NCBI GenBank assembly: GCA_964475075.1 | Contig: CAYYVH010000001.1 | Span: forward strand, 1 to 60,611 | Direction of reading: 5' to 3' | Origin: an uncultured Anaerolineales bacterium | GTDB taxonomy: Bacteria > Chloroflexota > Anaerolineae > Epilineales > Epilineaceae | DNA length: 60,611 nucleotides | Shown here: one piece after another, positions 1 through 7,954 of the stretch | Layout of the letters: each line of letters begins with the position of its first letter | Position numbering within the stretch: position 1 is the stretch's first letter | The notes under the pieces: generated by a model | Told to the model about the DNA's origin: nothing | Seen by the model: the letters and a program-made list of their open reading frames with translations, nothing else | Databases searched by the model: none | Program-made: the position numbers and the translations under genes

Positions 1-158
1 CCACCAGTGGCGCGCGCAGGAACTCCGCCAGGTTATTGTGCTGAGGCTCCTAAGGCAGAATCCAGTGCGCCGGCGTTCAGAATGCCCATGGAGCCGCCTG
101 ATTGTTCCATCACCCGGCGATATAGCTCGATCACCTCGCCGACGGTGAGATAGCGCAT
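1..158 (-). pseudogene. doc: Doc/Fic-family toxin, N-terminal part (runs off window); reading frame closes after 41 codons
   Basis: ATG 158-156 overlaps the upstream antitoxin stop (TGATG). MRYLTVGEVIELYRRVMEQSGGSMGILNAGALDSALGASAQ* resembles Doc N-termini (..GG..G.RD.GLLESAL.RPQ). TAA at 35-33. A neighbouring frame continues EPQHNNLAEFLRAPLV to the window edge, suggesting a 1-nt indel near 40-50. Confidence 0.5.
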
Positions 159-340
159 CAGACCAGCCGGCGATAGAGTTCGGCGTTCTTCTCGAGCACC
201 AGGTCCGCCGCCTGTTCGAAGGCCTCGTCCGGGCGTGTGAGCAGCTCGTCGATGCTGACTCGGACCAAATCCTCCGGTGAGACCTGAAGCCGCTCGGCGA
301 TCTCCTTGAGCCTCCGATGAATGAGATTTCCCTCATTCAT
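158..340 (-). CDS. small antitoxin-like protein translationally coupled to doc
   Basis: 60 aa from ATG 340-338 (MNEGNLIHRRLKEIAERLQVSPEDLVRVSIDELLTRPDEAFEQAADLVLEKNAELYRRLV). Acidic and helical; its stop shares 1 nt with the doc start. The 205-aa track ORF is an upstream high-GC extension. Family not recognised. Confidence 0.45.
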   Translation of the reverse strand: MNEGNLIHRRLKEIAERLQVSPEDLVRVSIDELLTRPDEAFEQAADLVLEKNAELYRRLV

Positions 341-545
341 TCGCGGTGGTGTGGGCGGTGCGCACATGGAGAACTCAGAAGACGTTCGTCTGGCAGGTGA
401 ATCGTGATCGTCGGCATGGTGACCTCCGTCTCGCAAGCATAGCGTGAGTGACAGTCGGAGCGCAGACCGGCTGTGTGAGCCCGTTCCCCGTCGCTGGGTT
501 CGTGCCCTGCTTCGACTGCGCGCGGAAGAGGGATCGGCGTGAGGT

Positions 546-1412
546 CTACTCCACGTCCAGCGCCATGTCCAGCGCCGGTGTGCTGTGGGTAAGCCACCCA
601 ACCGACAGGAGGTCCACCCCGGTCGCCGCGATCTCGGCTGCCGTGTTGGGCCGGATGCCGCCGGAGGCCTCGGTGATCGCCCGGCCGTCGACGATCCGCA
701 CGGCCTCGCGCAGACCGTCGAGGTCGAAGTTGTCCAACAGCACCGCATCCACGCCCAGTGCCAGGGCTTCCTCAAGCTGGGCGAGGGTGTCCACCTCGAC
801 TTCGATCTTCACCATGTGACCGACCGCCCGTTGGGCCCGCATGATCGCCTCGGTGACGCTGCCGGCGATCATCACGTGGTTGTCCTTGATCAGCACCGCG
901 TCGCCCAACCCGAAGCGGTGGTTCGACCCGCCGCCGGCGCGCACGGCGTGCTTCTCGAGCGCGCGCAACGTCGGTGTTGTTTTGCGGGTGCAGACTACCT
1001 GGGCCCGATGGCCCGCCACTGCCGCGACGATGTCCCGCGTGGCGGTGGCGATTCCGCACATGCGGCCCAGGAAGTTCAGGGCAACGCGTTCCGCCGAGAG
1101 GATCGGCCGCGCATGCCCCCGCACGACGGCGACTGTCTCGCCCGGCGCGGCGTTCTCTCCATCGGCCGTGAGTATCTCAACCTCGACGCGGGCGTCGAGG
1201 AGAGTGAAGGTCAACGCGGCTACCGGGAGGCCCGCCAAGCGCCCACCGGAGCGAGCCACGATTCGCGCTGTAGCCAAAGCGTCGAGGGGGACGATCGCAT
1301 CCGTGGTCAGGTCGCCGGCGTGGCCCAGATCTTCCTCCAGCCCACGGCGGACGATCCCTTCGTACAGGAGGGGATAGAGCGGGGCCAGGGGTGCTGGCGG
1401 ATCGCCCTTCAC
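546..1412 (-). CDS. nadC: nicotinate-nucleotide diphosphorylase (quinolinate phosphoribosyltransferase)
   Basis: 288 aa from GTG 1412-1410 (GTGA overlap with the nadB stop). Typical QPRTase sequence: ..ILSAERVALNFLGRMCGIATATR..TRKTTPTLRALEKHAVRAGGGSNHRFGLGDAVLIKDNH..VEVEVDTLAQLEEAL..DAVLLDNF. Confidence 0.93.
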   Translation of the reverse strand: MKGDPPAPLAPLYPLLYEGIVRRGLEEDLGHAGDLTTDAIVPLDALATARIVARSGGRLAGLPVAALTFTLLDARVEVEILTADGENAAPGETVAVVRGHARPILSAERVALNFLGRMCGIATATRDIVAAVAGHRAQVVCTRKTTPTLRALEKHAVRAGGGSNHRFGLGDAVLIKDNHVMIAGSVTEAIMRAQRAVGHMVKIEVEVDTLAQLEEALALGVDAVLLDNFDLDGLREAVRIVDGRAITEASGGIRPNTAAEIAATGVDLLSVGWLTHSTPALDMALDVE

Positions 1413-3166
1413 GCCGCCTCTCGTGATGTGAGCGCTGTTATCAGCACGGGATCGGATGCCGCGATTTCCACCGACAGACGGCCGGACCTGAAGCTTGCCG
1501 TGAGGAAGAGCCGCCGCTGCCAGCGGGCGTCCGGAGCTGGGAAGTCGGACCGGTAGTGCGCACCGCGGCTTTCGGTGCGCGCCAAGGCCGTGGTCGCGAT
1601 CAGCCGGGCGACGAGGAGCAGGTTGCGGGCCTCCCCGGAGGCGTGCGGCGCTTCCGCGGCCAGACCCTCCAGGGCCGCGAGCGCTGCGGTCAGACCGGCC
1701 GCGTCCCGAACCAGGCCGACCTGCTCCCACATCAACCGGCGCACGGCATCGATGACGTCCCGCTCTGCGGCACGGTTGTCGCCCGCGTGCAGGGCATCGG
1801 TCCGGTTCGCAGCGGCGAGCGGTGCGCCTTGCCCGTTCGACGAAGGTGTCGGACCGGTGCTCGGGACCAGCGCCGACTCGGCGCGACATGAGATCTGCGG
1901 GGTGGCGGACCGGATGTCCTCAGCTACCCACGCACCGAAGACGAGGGCTTCCAACAGTGAGTTGCTGGCCAACCGATTGGCGCCGTGTACGCCGGTGGAT
2001 GCTGCCTCGCCACAGGCCCAAAGGCCCGGCAGGGAGCTGCGACCGCGTGAGTCCACGGCGATGCCGCCCATGTGGTAGTGGGCCGCGGGCGACACCGGCA
2101 TGAGCTCGTGGCGGGGATCGATGCCGTACTTCCGGCACGCAGCGAAGACCGTGGGGAAGCGCGACGGGAAGCGGTCGCCCACGGCATCGCGCGCATCCAG
2201 GTAGATTGCCTGACCTTCCGCCTGCCGGCGCCAGATGGCCCGGGCCACCACATCGCGTGGCGCCAACTCCGCAAGGGGGTGCTCATCGACCATGAAGCGA
2301 TAGCCCGCCCCGTTCACCAGGACCGCCCCCTCCCCGCGCAGGGCCTCGGTCAGGAGCGGCATCGGGCCGTCCGGCGCGTGAGCGGTTCCGGCGAGGGCCT
2401 GTGGATCGCCCATCCTTCCCTTGGCCACGTTGAGTGCCGTTGGATGGAACTGGACGAACTCCATGTCCACCAAGCGAGCGCCAGCCCGGGCGGCCATGGC
2501 GTGACCATCCCCGGTGGCCTCCGGCGGATTGGTGGTGTGCAGGTACGAGTTTCCCAGACCGCCGGTGGCCAGTACGACCGCCGGTGCCAGGAAGAGCACT
2601 GGCCGGCCGTCGTCGCGTTCGGCCAGCACACCGACCACTCGCCCACCGTCGAGGGCCAGGTCGGAAGCGAACGTGTGCTCCGACACCTCGATGGCGGGCT
2701 CATGTTGGACGGTCTCGATCAGCGCGCGGACCATCTCGGTGCCGGTGGCGTCGCCCCCGGCATGGAGGATCCGGCGGCGGCTGTGGGCCCCTTCACGGCC
2801 CATCCGGAGCGCTCCGTCCGGTGCCCGGTCGAACTGTGCGCCGAGCGCAATGAGCTGCGACACGCGGAACGGCCCATCGCTGGTCAGGTGCTCCACGACC
2901 TCGGGGTCCGCCAGACCATCGCCGGCCGCCATCGTGTCGGCGGCGTGAAGCCCCGGCGAGTCATCCTTCGCCATGGCGGACGCGATGCCGCCCTGGGCCC
3001 ACGTGCTCGAACCGCTGGCAATCCGTGTCTTGGTGAGGACCACGACATGCCGGGGTGCCAGGCCCAGTGCGGCCGTCAGCCCGGCTACCCCGGTGCCAAC
3101 GACTACTGCGTCTGCCTCGACGACCTCGTCGACCAGGTCGACTGCGGCGCGCCAAATGAGCGTCAT
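1409..3166 (-). CDS. nadB: L-aspartate oxidase
   Basis: 585 aa from ATG 3166-3164 (ATGA overlap with the nadA stop). FAD-binding N-terminus [18 protein letters not shown], plus [37 protein letters not shown]. The 691-aa track ORF was trimmed. Confidence 0.93.
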   Translation of the reverse strand: MTLIWRAAVDLVDEVVEADAVVVGTGVAGLTAALGLAPRHVVVLTKTRIASGSSTWAQGGIASAMAKDDSPGLHAADTMAAGDGLADPEVVEHLTSDGPFRVSQLIALGAQFDRAPDGALRMGREGAHSRRRILHAGGDATGTEMVRALIETVQHEPAIEVSEHTFASDLALDGGRVVGVLAERDDGRPVLFLAPAVVLATGGLGNSYLHTTNPPEATGDGHAMAARAGARLVDMEFVQFHPTALNVAKGRMGDPQALAGTAHAPDGPMPLLTEALRGEGAVLVNGAGYRFMVDEHPLAELAPRDVVARAIWRRQAEGQAIYLDARDAVGDRFPSRFPTVFAACRKYGIDPRHELMPVSPAAHYHMGGIAVDSRGRSSLPGLWACGEAASTGVHGANRLASNSLLEALVFGAWVAEDIRSATPQISCRAESALVPSTGPTPSSNGQGAPLAAANRTDALHAGDNRAAERDVIDAVRRLMWEQVGLVRDAAGLTAALAALEGLAAEAPHASGEARNLLLVARLIATTALARTESRGAHYRSDFPAPDARWQRRLFLTASFRSGRLSVEIAASDPVLITALTSREAA

Positions 3167-4206
3167 CCTCGGACGCCCTGGCCGACCAGGAGCATGCGCT
3201 CGACGGCCAGGCGGGCGCTTGCGGCGACCTCGGGCGCGACCTCGACCTTGTGCTCCAAGGTCTCCAGGCTGCGGAGGATGTTGGCCAGCGTGATCTGCTT
3301 CATGTGGGGGCAGAGGTTGCACGGGCGCACGAAGTGCACGTCCGGGAACTCGACGGCCACGTTGTCGCTCATGGAGCATTCGGTGATGAGCATCACGTGC
3401 TCCGGGCGCGACTCGGCCACGTATTGGATCATGCCGGAGGTCGAGCCCACGAAGTCGGCGCTCTCCAGCACGTCCGGCGGGCACTCGGGGTGGGCGACGA
3501 CCTGGAGGTCGGGGTACTGCTCGCGGTATGGAAGGAAGTCCTGCGGCGTGAAGCGCTCATGCACCTCGCAGTGGCCCTCCCAGAGGAGGATCTCCACGTC
3601 CGTCTTGGTGGTAACGTAGCGGGCGAGGTACTCATCGGGGAGGAAGATCACCCGATCGGCGCCGAGCGATTCCACCACCTCTACCGCGTTGGCCGAGGTG
3701 CAGCAGATGTCGGACTCGGCCTTCACGGCGGCCGAGGTGTTGACGTATGTCACCACCGGCACCCCGGGGTGCCGGTGGCGCAGCGCGCGAACGTCCGCTG
3801 CCGTGATCGATGAGGCCAGCGAGCAGCCGGCGCGCAGATCGGGGATCAGGACCGTCTTGTCGGGGTTGAGCAGCTTCGCCGTCTCGGCCATGAAGTGGAC
3901 CCCGGCCAGGACGATGACCTCGGCCTCCGTCTCAGCCGCCATGCGGGCCAGCGCCAGCGAATCGCCCGTAAGATCGGCCACGCCGTGGAAGATCTCCGGC
4001 GTCATATAGTTGTGGCCCAGGATGATGGCGTTACGCTCGGGCTTGAGCTCGTTGATGCGGCCAATCAAGGCCTCGTGGACCGGCCACTCGATGGCGGGGA
4101 TCATGTCGCGTACCCGCTCGTAGACCGGTACCGTCGTCGCCCTACTGCCGCGCGTGCGATCCGAACAGATCTCGCCGTTTCTTCGCGCGTTATTGCCGGA
4201 AGCCAT
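3163..4206 (-). CDS. nadA: quinolinate synthase
   Basis: 347 aa. Contains [81 protein letters not shown]. The start could be the internal ATG (MIPAIEW) because the palindrome at 4221-4237 lies only 15 nt upstream of ATG 4206. Confidence 0.9.
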   Translation of the reverse strand: MASGNNARRNGEICSDRTRGSRATTVPVYERVRDMIPAIEWPVHEALIGRINELKPERNAIILGHNYMTPEIFHGVADLTGDSLALARMAAETEAEVIVLAGVHFMAETAKLLNPDKTVLIPDLRAGCSLASSITAADVRALRHRHPGVPVVTYVNTSAAVKAESDICCTSANAVEVVESLGADRVIFLPDEYLARYVTTKTDVEILLWEGHCEVHERFTPQDFLPYREQYPDLQVVAHPECPPDVLESADFVGSTSGMIQYVAESRPEHVMLITECSMSDNVAVEFPDVHFVRPCNLCPHMKQITLANILRSLETLEHKVEVAPEVAASARLAVERMLLVGQGVRG

Positions 4207-4220
4207 TCGACGACTCCAAT

Positions 4221-4237
4221 ATACTCAGGCTGAGTAT
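4221..4237. promoter_or_regulatory. perfect 8-1-8 palindrome ATACTCAG-G-CTGAGTAT in the nadA leader (candidate operator)
   Basis: Read directly from the sequence. It lies between the predicted nadA promoter (4298-4326) and the nadA start, next to the gene for a Nudix-wHTH regulator. Confidence 0.4.
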
Positions 4238-4297
4238 TACTACCGGCTCCAAAGCCAGGCCGGCGTCGGCCTGCTTTGGCGCCGGCCTGGCGAAGAT

Positions 4298-4326
4298 ATT
4301 CTACACGTGAGTATATGGGGTGTCAA
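4298..4326 (-). promoter_or_regulatory. sigma-70-type promoter for nadABC
   Basis: On the minus strand: TTGACA (4326-4321), 17-nt spacer, TAGAAT (4303-4298). The predicted transcript starts with a GC-rich hairpin (CCAAAGC..GCTTTGG, 4249-4279). Confidence 0.5.
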
Positions 4327-4402
4327 ATCGGATTATTCATGCGGGACGGGCGGGTGGTGGATGACGGGAGCGGTGGCGAGGACCGTGACTCTGATCTAGT
4401 AC

Positions 4403-4535
4403 GGGCTATCAGCTATCAGCTATCAGTCTTTGGGTACGGTGCTGTGGTCCGCTCGTGTGGGTGCTGGGCGCCACGGACCTTGGGAAACTTCGAAGAGTGC
4501 GGTGTATGATCGGCCGAGCTGATAGACGATAGCCC
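4403..4535. repeat. long inverted repeat built from TATCAGC units, flanking about 90 nt
   Basis: GGGCTATCAGCTATCAGCTATCAG (4403-4426) pairs with CTGATAGACGATAGCCC (4519-4535), giving a 17-bp stem with one mismatch and one wobble. An inner GGTCCG..CGGACC stem is also present. It sits between the regulator stop (4571) and the nadA promoter. Confidence 0.6.
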
Positions 4536-4570
4536 AAGCACCACGAACGCCCGGCGGTATTGGCTATCCC

Positions 4571-5653
4571 CTAATCCGTCTTCGGCAATTCCGGCAGCCC
4601 GACGCCTGGCGCCTTCCGCTCGCGGAGAACTTCGTGCCGGAAGCGGAACAGCTCCGCCGGCCGGCCGCCGGTCTGGGTGTCGTGCCGGCCCGTGCCCTCG
4701 ACGAGCCTGCCCTTCTCGACCAGGCGGCGGAAGTTGCCCTTGTGCAGCCGGAAGCCGGCGAGGGCCTCCACGACCCGCTGGAGTTGGAGCAGGGTGAAGA
4801 TAGGGGGGAGCAACTCGAAGACGACAGGGCGATACTTGATCTTGCCCCGCAGCCGGCCGAAGGCGGCTGCGACGATGCGTCGGTGGTCGATTGCCATCGG
4901 CCAACCGAGGCTCTCGCTCTCAGGGGACTGCGATGTGATCGCCGGCCCGGCGCTCTTCGGTTCGCGACCGGCGGCGATGCGGTACGCGCGGTCCCACCAG
5001 GCCTCGGCGACGAGGCCGATCTCGTAGAGGAGCTCGTAGCGCTCGAGGACGCGATCACCGTCCCAACCGGCCTCGCCCAGGCCGAAGGTGATCTCGCCGC
5101 GCTCCCGCCGCGCGCGCTTCGTTGCGCTGTTCGGCGCGCAGGCGGCCCACCGCTCCAGGACTGGGGCGATTGCGCGAGTGATGACTTCCGGCCGGCCCTC
5201 GCGCCAGTCCTCCCACGGGAAGAAGCGATAGACATCCCGCCAGGCTGCGTCCAGCTCGCCTGACGTGCGGCTCTCACGCACGAGGGCAACGTAGGCTACC
5301 GACACGGAGCGCGAGGCGCCGTGCAAATCGGCCGGGTCGCGGTACTGGTCGCCGAAGGTGTAGAGCTGTTCGACGTAGCCCAGCTCCAGACCCGTCTGCT
5401 CGCGCACCCAGCGCCGCAGAGCCCCTTCCAGCTTGTGGTCCCGCACGGGGTCGAGTGGCCCGGAGGGTAGTGTGTCGAGTGACGCGCCGTCCTCAATGAC
5501 AGCGCCGGACATCGCCACTTCGGTGTCCGGTGGGCGGTCGGCCCACTGCACCGTCAGGATGCGAGGCACCTCTCGGGTGACGGCGACGATGACCGCGTTG
5601 AGGGCGACAGTGACCGGTGTGTTCGAAGCATCTCCCACAAGGCGATTGTACAT
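4571..5653 (-). CDS. Nudix-like domain + C-terminal winged-helix transcriptional regulator (NrtR/NadQ-like NAD regulator)
   Basis: 360 aa from ATG 5653-5651 (MYNRLVGD..). The N-terminal Nudix fold has a degenerate Nudix box (LEGALRRWVREQTGLEL). The C-terminus LLPPIFTLLQLQRVVEALAGFRLHKGNFRRLVEKGRLVEGTG..GGRPAELFRF matches the NrtR-type wHTH. The gene sits directly upstream of nadABC. Confidence 0.75.
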   Translation of the reverse strand: MYNRLVGDASNTPVTVALNAVIVAVTREVPRILTVQWADRPPDTEVAMSGAVIEDGASLDTLPSGPLDPVRDHKLEGALRRWVREQTGLELGYVEQLYTFGDQYRDPADLHGASRSVSVAYVALVRESRTSGELDAAWRDVYRFFPWEDWREGRPEVITRAIAPVLERWAACAPNSATKRARRERGEITFGLGEAGWDGDRVLERYELLYEIGLVAEAWWDRAYRIAAGREPKSAGPAITSQSPESESLGWPMAIDHRRIVAAAFGRLRGKIKYRPVVFELLPPIFTLLQLQRVVEALAGFRLHKGNFRRLVEKGRLVEGTGRHDTQTGGRPAELFRFRHEVLRERKAPGVGLPELPKTD

Positions 5654-5752
5654 GATGCCCCGGCGCGGGGTAAGGCCTGCAGCCCGAGCCAACGGGCGGC
5701 CGCACAGGCAGCCGCAGACTCGTAGGTCGGCCTGCCGCCGGACACCAGCCCA

Positions 5753-5780
5753 TTGCCGGCCGTCGCGTATGTGATATACT
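5753..5780 (+). promoter_or_regulatory. candidate promoter for the bactofilin-like gene
   Basis: TTGCCG, 16-nt spacer, TATACT, with TG two nt upstream of the -10. About 90 nt upstream of the RBS AAGGAGGAG (5855-5863). Confidence 0.4.
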
Positions 5781-5867
5781 CGCCTCGACGCGGCGAGAAT
5801 GGGCTGAGGCGGCGACCGGGCGCGGCCCAAAGGCTGGTCTGACACGCCCTTAGTCAAGGAGGAGCGA

Positions 5868-5915
5868 GATGCGACGACGTTTCATGGTGATCTCTCTGGT
5901 GTTGTTCCCCTGCTG
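5868..5915 (+). other. 15-codon ORF with strong RBS encoding the first half of a lipoprotein signal peptide
   Basis: AAGGAGGAG, 4 nt, then ATG 5868. MRRRFMVISLVLFPC then TGA 5913-5915. The lipobox continuation LLIAGCVGTGF is in the -1 frame (5909-5941). The frame of 5868 is also the frame of the 6012 ORF. Confidence 0.45.
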
Positions 5916-6011
5916 ATTGCGGGTTGCGTTGGGACCGGCTTCGGGGGCGGGCGAGTCGTCACCAGCGGTACGTATACTCTCCAAAGCGGAGATGAGCTGG
6001 ATGGTGACCTG

Positions 6012-6842
6012 GTGATGTTCTCCGGCGAGGCCCGCATCGAAGATGGCGCCCGCGTCGACGGCGACGTTTTCATTGCGAGCGGCGACCTCAATGCAAGAGG
6101 CGACATCGACGGTGACATCGTCATGACTAGCGGCAACCTCTGGGTGAATGGCGAGGTCGACGGTGACATCTTCGCCACTGCGGGCTCGGTGGATCTCGGG
6201 CGGCAGGCACACGTCCGGGGCGACGTGGCCAATCTGGGCGGCCGGATCACCAAGGCCCCGGGGGCACGGATCGACGGTGCCGAATCCGAGGGTGCCTTCA
6301 AAGTGCCGGCCGTGCCTGTTGTGAGATTGGGCGTGCCGAGCTGGTCCCCATGGGGCTGGCTGGTGGGGACGCTTATCCGGGCGTTGATCATGGCTGTGTT
6401 GGCGGTGCTGATCGTGAGTGTCTGGCCGGCACAAGTGGACCGGGCGGCGTTGGCCGCAACAGCGGAGCCCCTCGTGGTCGGGCTCGTGGGCCTGGTGACG
6501 TTCATCATCCTCATCCCCGTGATTATCGCCCTGATTATCACGGTGTGCTTCAGTCCCTTGGGCTTGCTGGGGCTGCTGGTCCTCGGCCTCGCGACCCTGC
6601 TTGGTTGGACCGCCCTGGGGACCGAAGTGGGTCGGCGCATGGGTCCAGCGCTGTACCGCGAGCTGACGCCGGTGGCGGCGGCTGGCATCGGAACGGGGCT
6701 CTTGACGGTGGTCGCGGCGATCCCGTGCATCGGGTGGCTGATCTGCTTCGTCGTGAGCTGTCTCGCCCTTGGGTCGGCTATCATGACCCGGTTCGGTGCG
6801 CGTGACTATCCGGGGACGGTGGTGCCCGTGACGGAGGAGTAG
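6012..6842 (+). CDS. bactofilin-like (polymer-forming cytoskeletal repeat) domain fused to a multi-pass membrane domain
   Basis: 276 aa. N-terminal repeats are of the bactofilin type (GDVFIASGDLNARGDIDGDIVMTSGNLWVNGEVDGDIFATAGSVDL..GDVANLGGRI), followed by 4-5 hydrophobic helices. The true N-terminus is probably upstream (see 5868-5941). Confidence 0.7.
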   Translation: MMFSGEARIEDGARVDGDVFIASGDLNARGDIDGDIVMTSGNLWVNGEVDGDIFATAGSVDLGRQAHVRGDVANLGGRITKAPGARIDGAESEGAFKVPAVPVVRLGVPSWSPWGWLVGTLIRALIMAVLAVLIVSVWPAQVDRAALAATAEPLVVGLVGLVTFIILIPVIIALIITVCFSPLGLLGLLVLGLATLLGWTALGTEVGRRMGPALYRELTPVAAAGIGTGLLTVVAAIPCIGWLICFVVSCLALGSAIMTRFGARDYPGTVVPVTEE

Positions 6843-6872
6843 CACGCCGGCCTTCGGAAGGCGGCGGACAAC

Positions 6873-7952
6873 CTACTCGGTAAGTGTGGGGTACGCGAAC
6901 GCGAAGCTGCGCAGGTGGGCAATCAACGCCCAAAGCTCGTCCTCGGTGAAGATCGTCGCCCAGTACGGCATGGACGTGCCCATGCCACCCCGCACGAGCT
7001 TGCCGTAGTAGTGCATGTCCGAGGCGCCGGCCTGCGCTGCGAGGTCGGTGAAGTCGACCGGGGCCTTGGCCATGCCGTCCGGATCCTCCTCCGCGGCAGA
7101 TCGGATCGCCTCCGCGCCAGGTCCGTCACCCTGCCCCGACAGCCCGTGACAGCCGGTGCAATCCCGCTCGAAGAGGCGCTTGCCCGTCGCCCGCGCCTCC
7201 GGTGAGGTTCTGCTATGCCAGTAATGAGCGACGACGTCCCAGCGCTCCGCGGGCGACAGGCCGGCTGCTTGCGGCGCCCCGAGCGGACCGGACGCCAATA
7301 GGGCGTAGGCATCGCTCGGAGAGAGCAGGCGTGGGTCGCCCGTGGCCATCGCATCGGCCACAGGCTGGGGAGACACGGCTTGCCACAGGGCATCTCCGTT
7401 GGCAGCATCCGGCTGCGTAAAGGGTGCGAATTCTCCGGGATGGTCGGCGTCGATGTCCAGGCCCGTTGCTACCCAGTCGGTCTGGGGCGGGTCGACGTCC
7501 ATCGCGGATGCGACCGGATGTTCAGGATCCACGACCTCTATTATGCCGCGCATGCGCCAGTGCCCGGTCGTGCACCAGGCGGTGCACAGGAAGGTGAAGC
7601 GGCCCGCGCGGTCGGCGACGAAATCGACCTCCTTTACCTTGCCCGGCTCGATCCACTCCAGGTCGATGCCCATCTTGGGGATCGCGAAGCCGTGGACCAC
7701 GTCGCTGCTGGTCACACGCAGGCGCACCCGTGCGCCCTTTGGCAGCACGATCGTCTCAGGCGTCCAGCCGCCGTGATCCGCCGTGGGCAGGCGCCCCGTC
7801 AGCTCGATGACCCGCCCGGGAGCTCGCCACGACCGGACGGAACGGTACGCCAGGATTGCCAGCGGCAGGCCGATGACGACCAGGAGAACCAAACCGAGGG
7901 CAAGACGCTCGGTCCTGACGTGGGAAGCCAGACGTGGGCTTGTGGGAGTCAT
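6873..7952 (-). CDS. membrane-anchored CuA-type cupredoxin domain fused to a class I c-type cytochrome
   Basis: 359 aa from ATG 7952. One TM helix (LALGLVLLVVIGLPLAIL). DVVHGFAIP, then 35 residues, then CTAWCTTGHWRM (C-x3-C-x3-H-x2-M). C-terminal CTGCH haem motif plus GTSMPYW. The 729-aa track ORF was trimmed. Confidence 0.8.
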   Translation of the reverse strand: MTPTSPRLASHVRTERLALGLVLLVVIGLPLAILAYRSVRSWRAPGRVIELTGRLPTADHGGWTPETIVLPKGARVRLRVTSSDVVHGFAIPKMGIDLEWIEPGKVKEVDFVADRAGRFTFLCTAWCTTGHWRMRGIIEVVDPEHPVASAMDVDPPQTDWVATGLDIDADHPGEFAPFTQPDAANGDALWQAVSPQPVADAMATGDPRLLSPSDAYALLASGPLGAPQAAGLSPAERWDVVAHYWHSRTSPEARATGKRLFERDCTGCHGLSGQGDGPGAEAIRSAAEEDPDGMAKAPVDFTDLAAQAGASDMHYYGKLVRGGMGTSMPYWATIFTEDELWALIAHLRSFAFAYPTLTE

Positions 7953-7954
7953 TC

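Noticed and set aside
3167-3484. Upstream extension of the nadB ORF (691 aa in the track), and similar 5-prime extensions of nadC and of the regulator gene
   Set aside because: The extensions overlap the preceding genes, are Arg/Pro-rich, and are made unnecessary by start codons that overlap the upstream stops (ATGA, GTGA).
4403-4426. TATCAGC x3 as a CRISPR array or other repeat array
   Set aside because: There are only three 7-nt units with no spacers. It is better described as one arm of a long inverted repeat.
4207-4560. NAD+ (nadA-motif) riboswitch in the nadA leader
   Set aside because: No tandem-domain structure or conserved core that I recognise. The leader is better explained by a promoter, a 5-prime hairpin and a palindromic operator.
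5771-5800. ATACTC-containing inverted repeat (ATACTCGCC-N7-GGCGAGAAT), and a similar ATACTCGCC..GAGTCT at 10636-10655, as further operators of the NAD regulator
   Set aside because: In both places the ATACT part coincides with a TATACT -10 hexamer of a plus-strand promoter, and the half-site spacing differs from the nadA palindrome. The similarity is therefore not independent evidence for regulator binding.
5850-6845. 331-aa and 300-aa minus-strand ORFs
   Set aside because: They are antisense to the bactofilin-like gene. Their composition is His/Arg/Pro/Asp-rich with no motifs.
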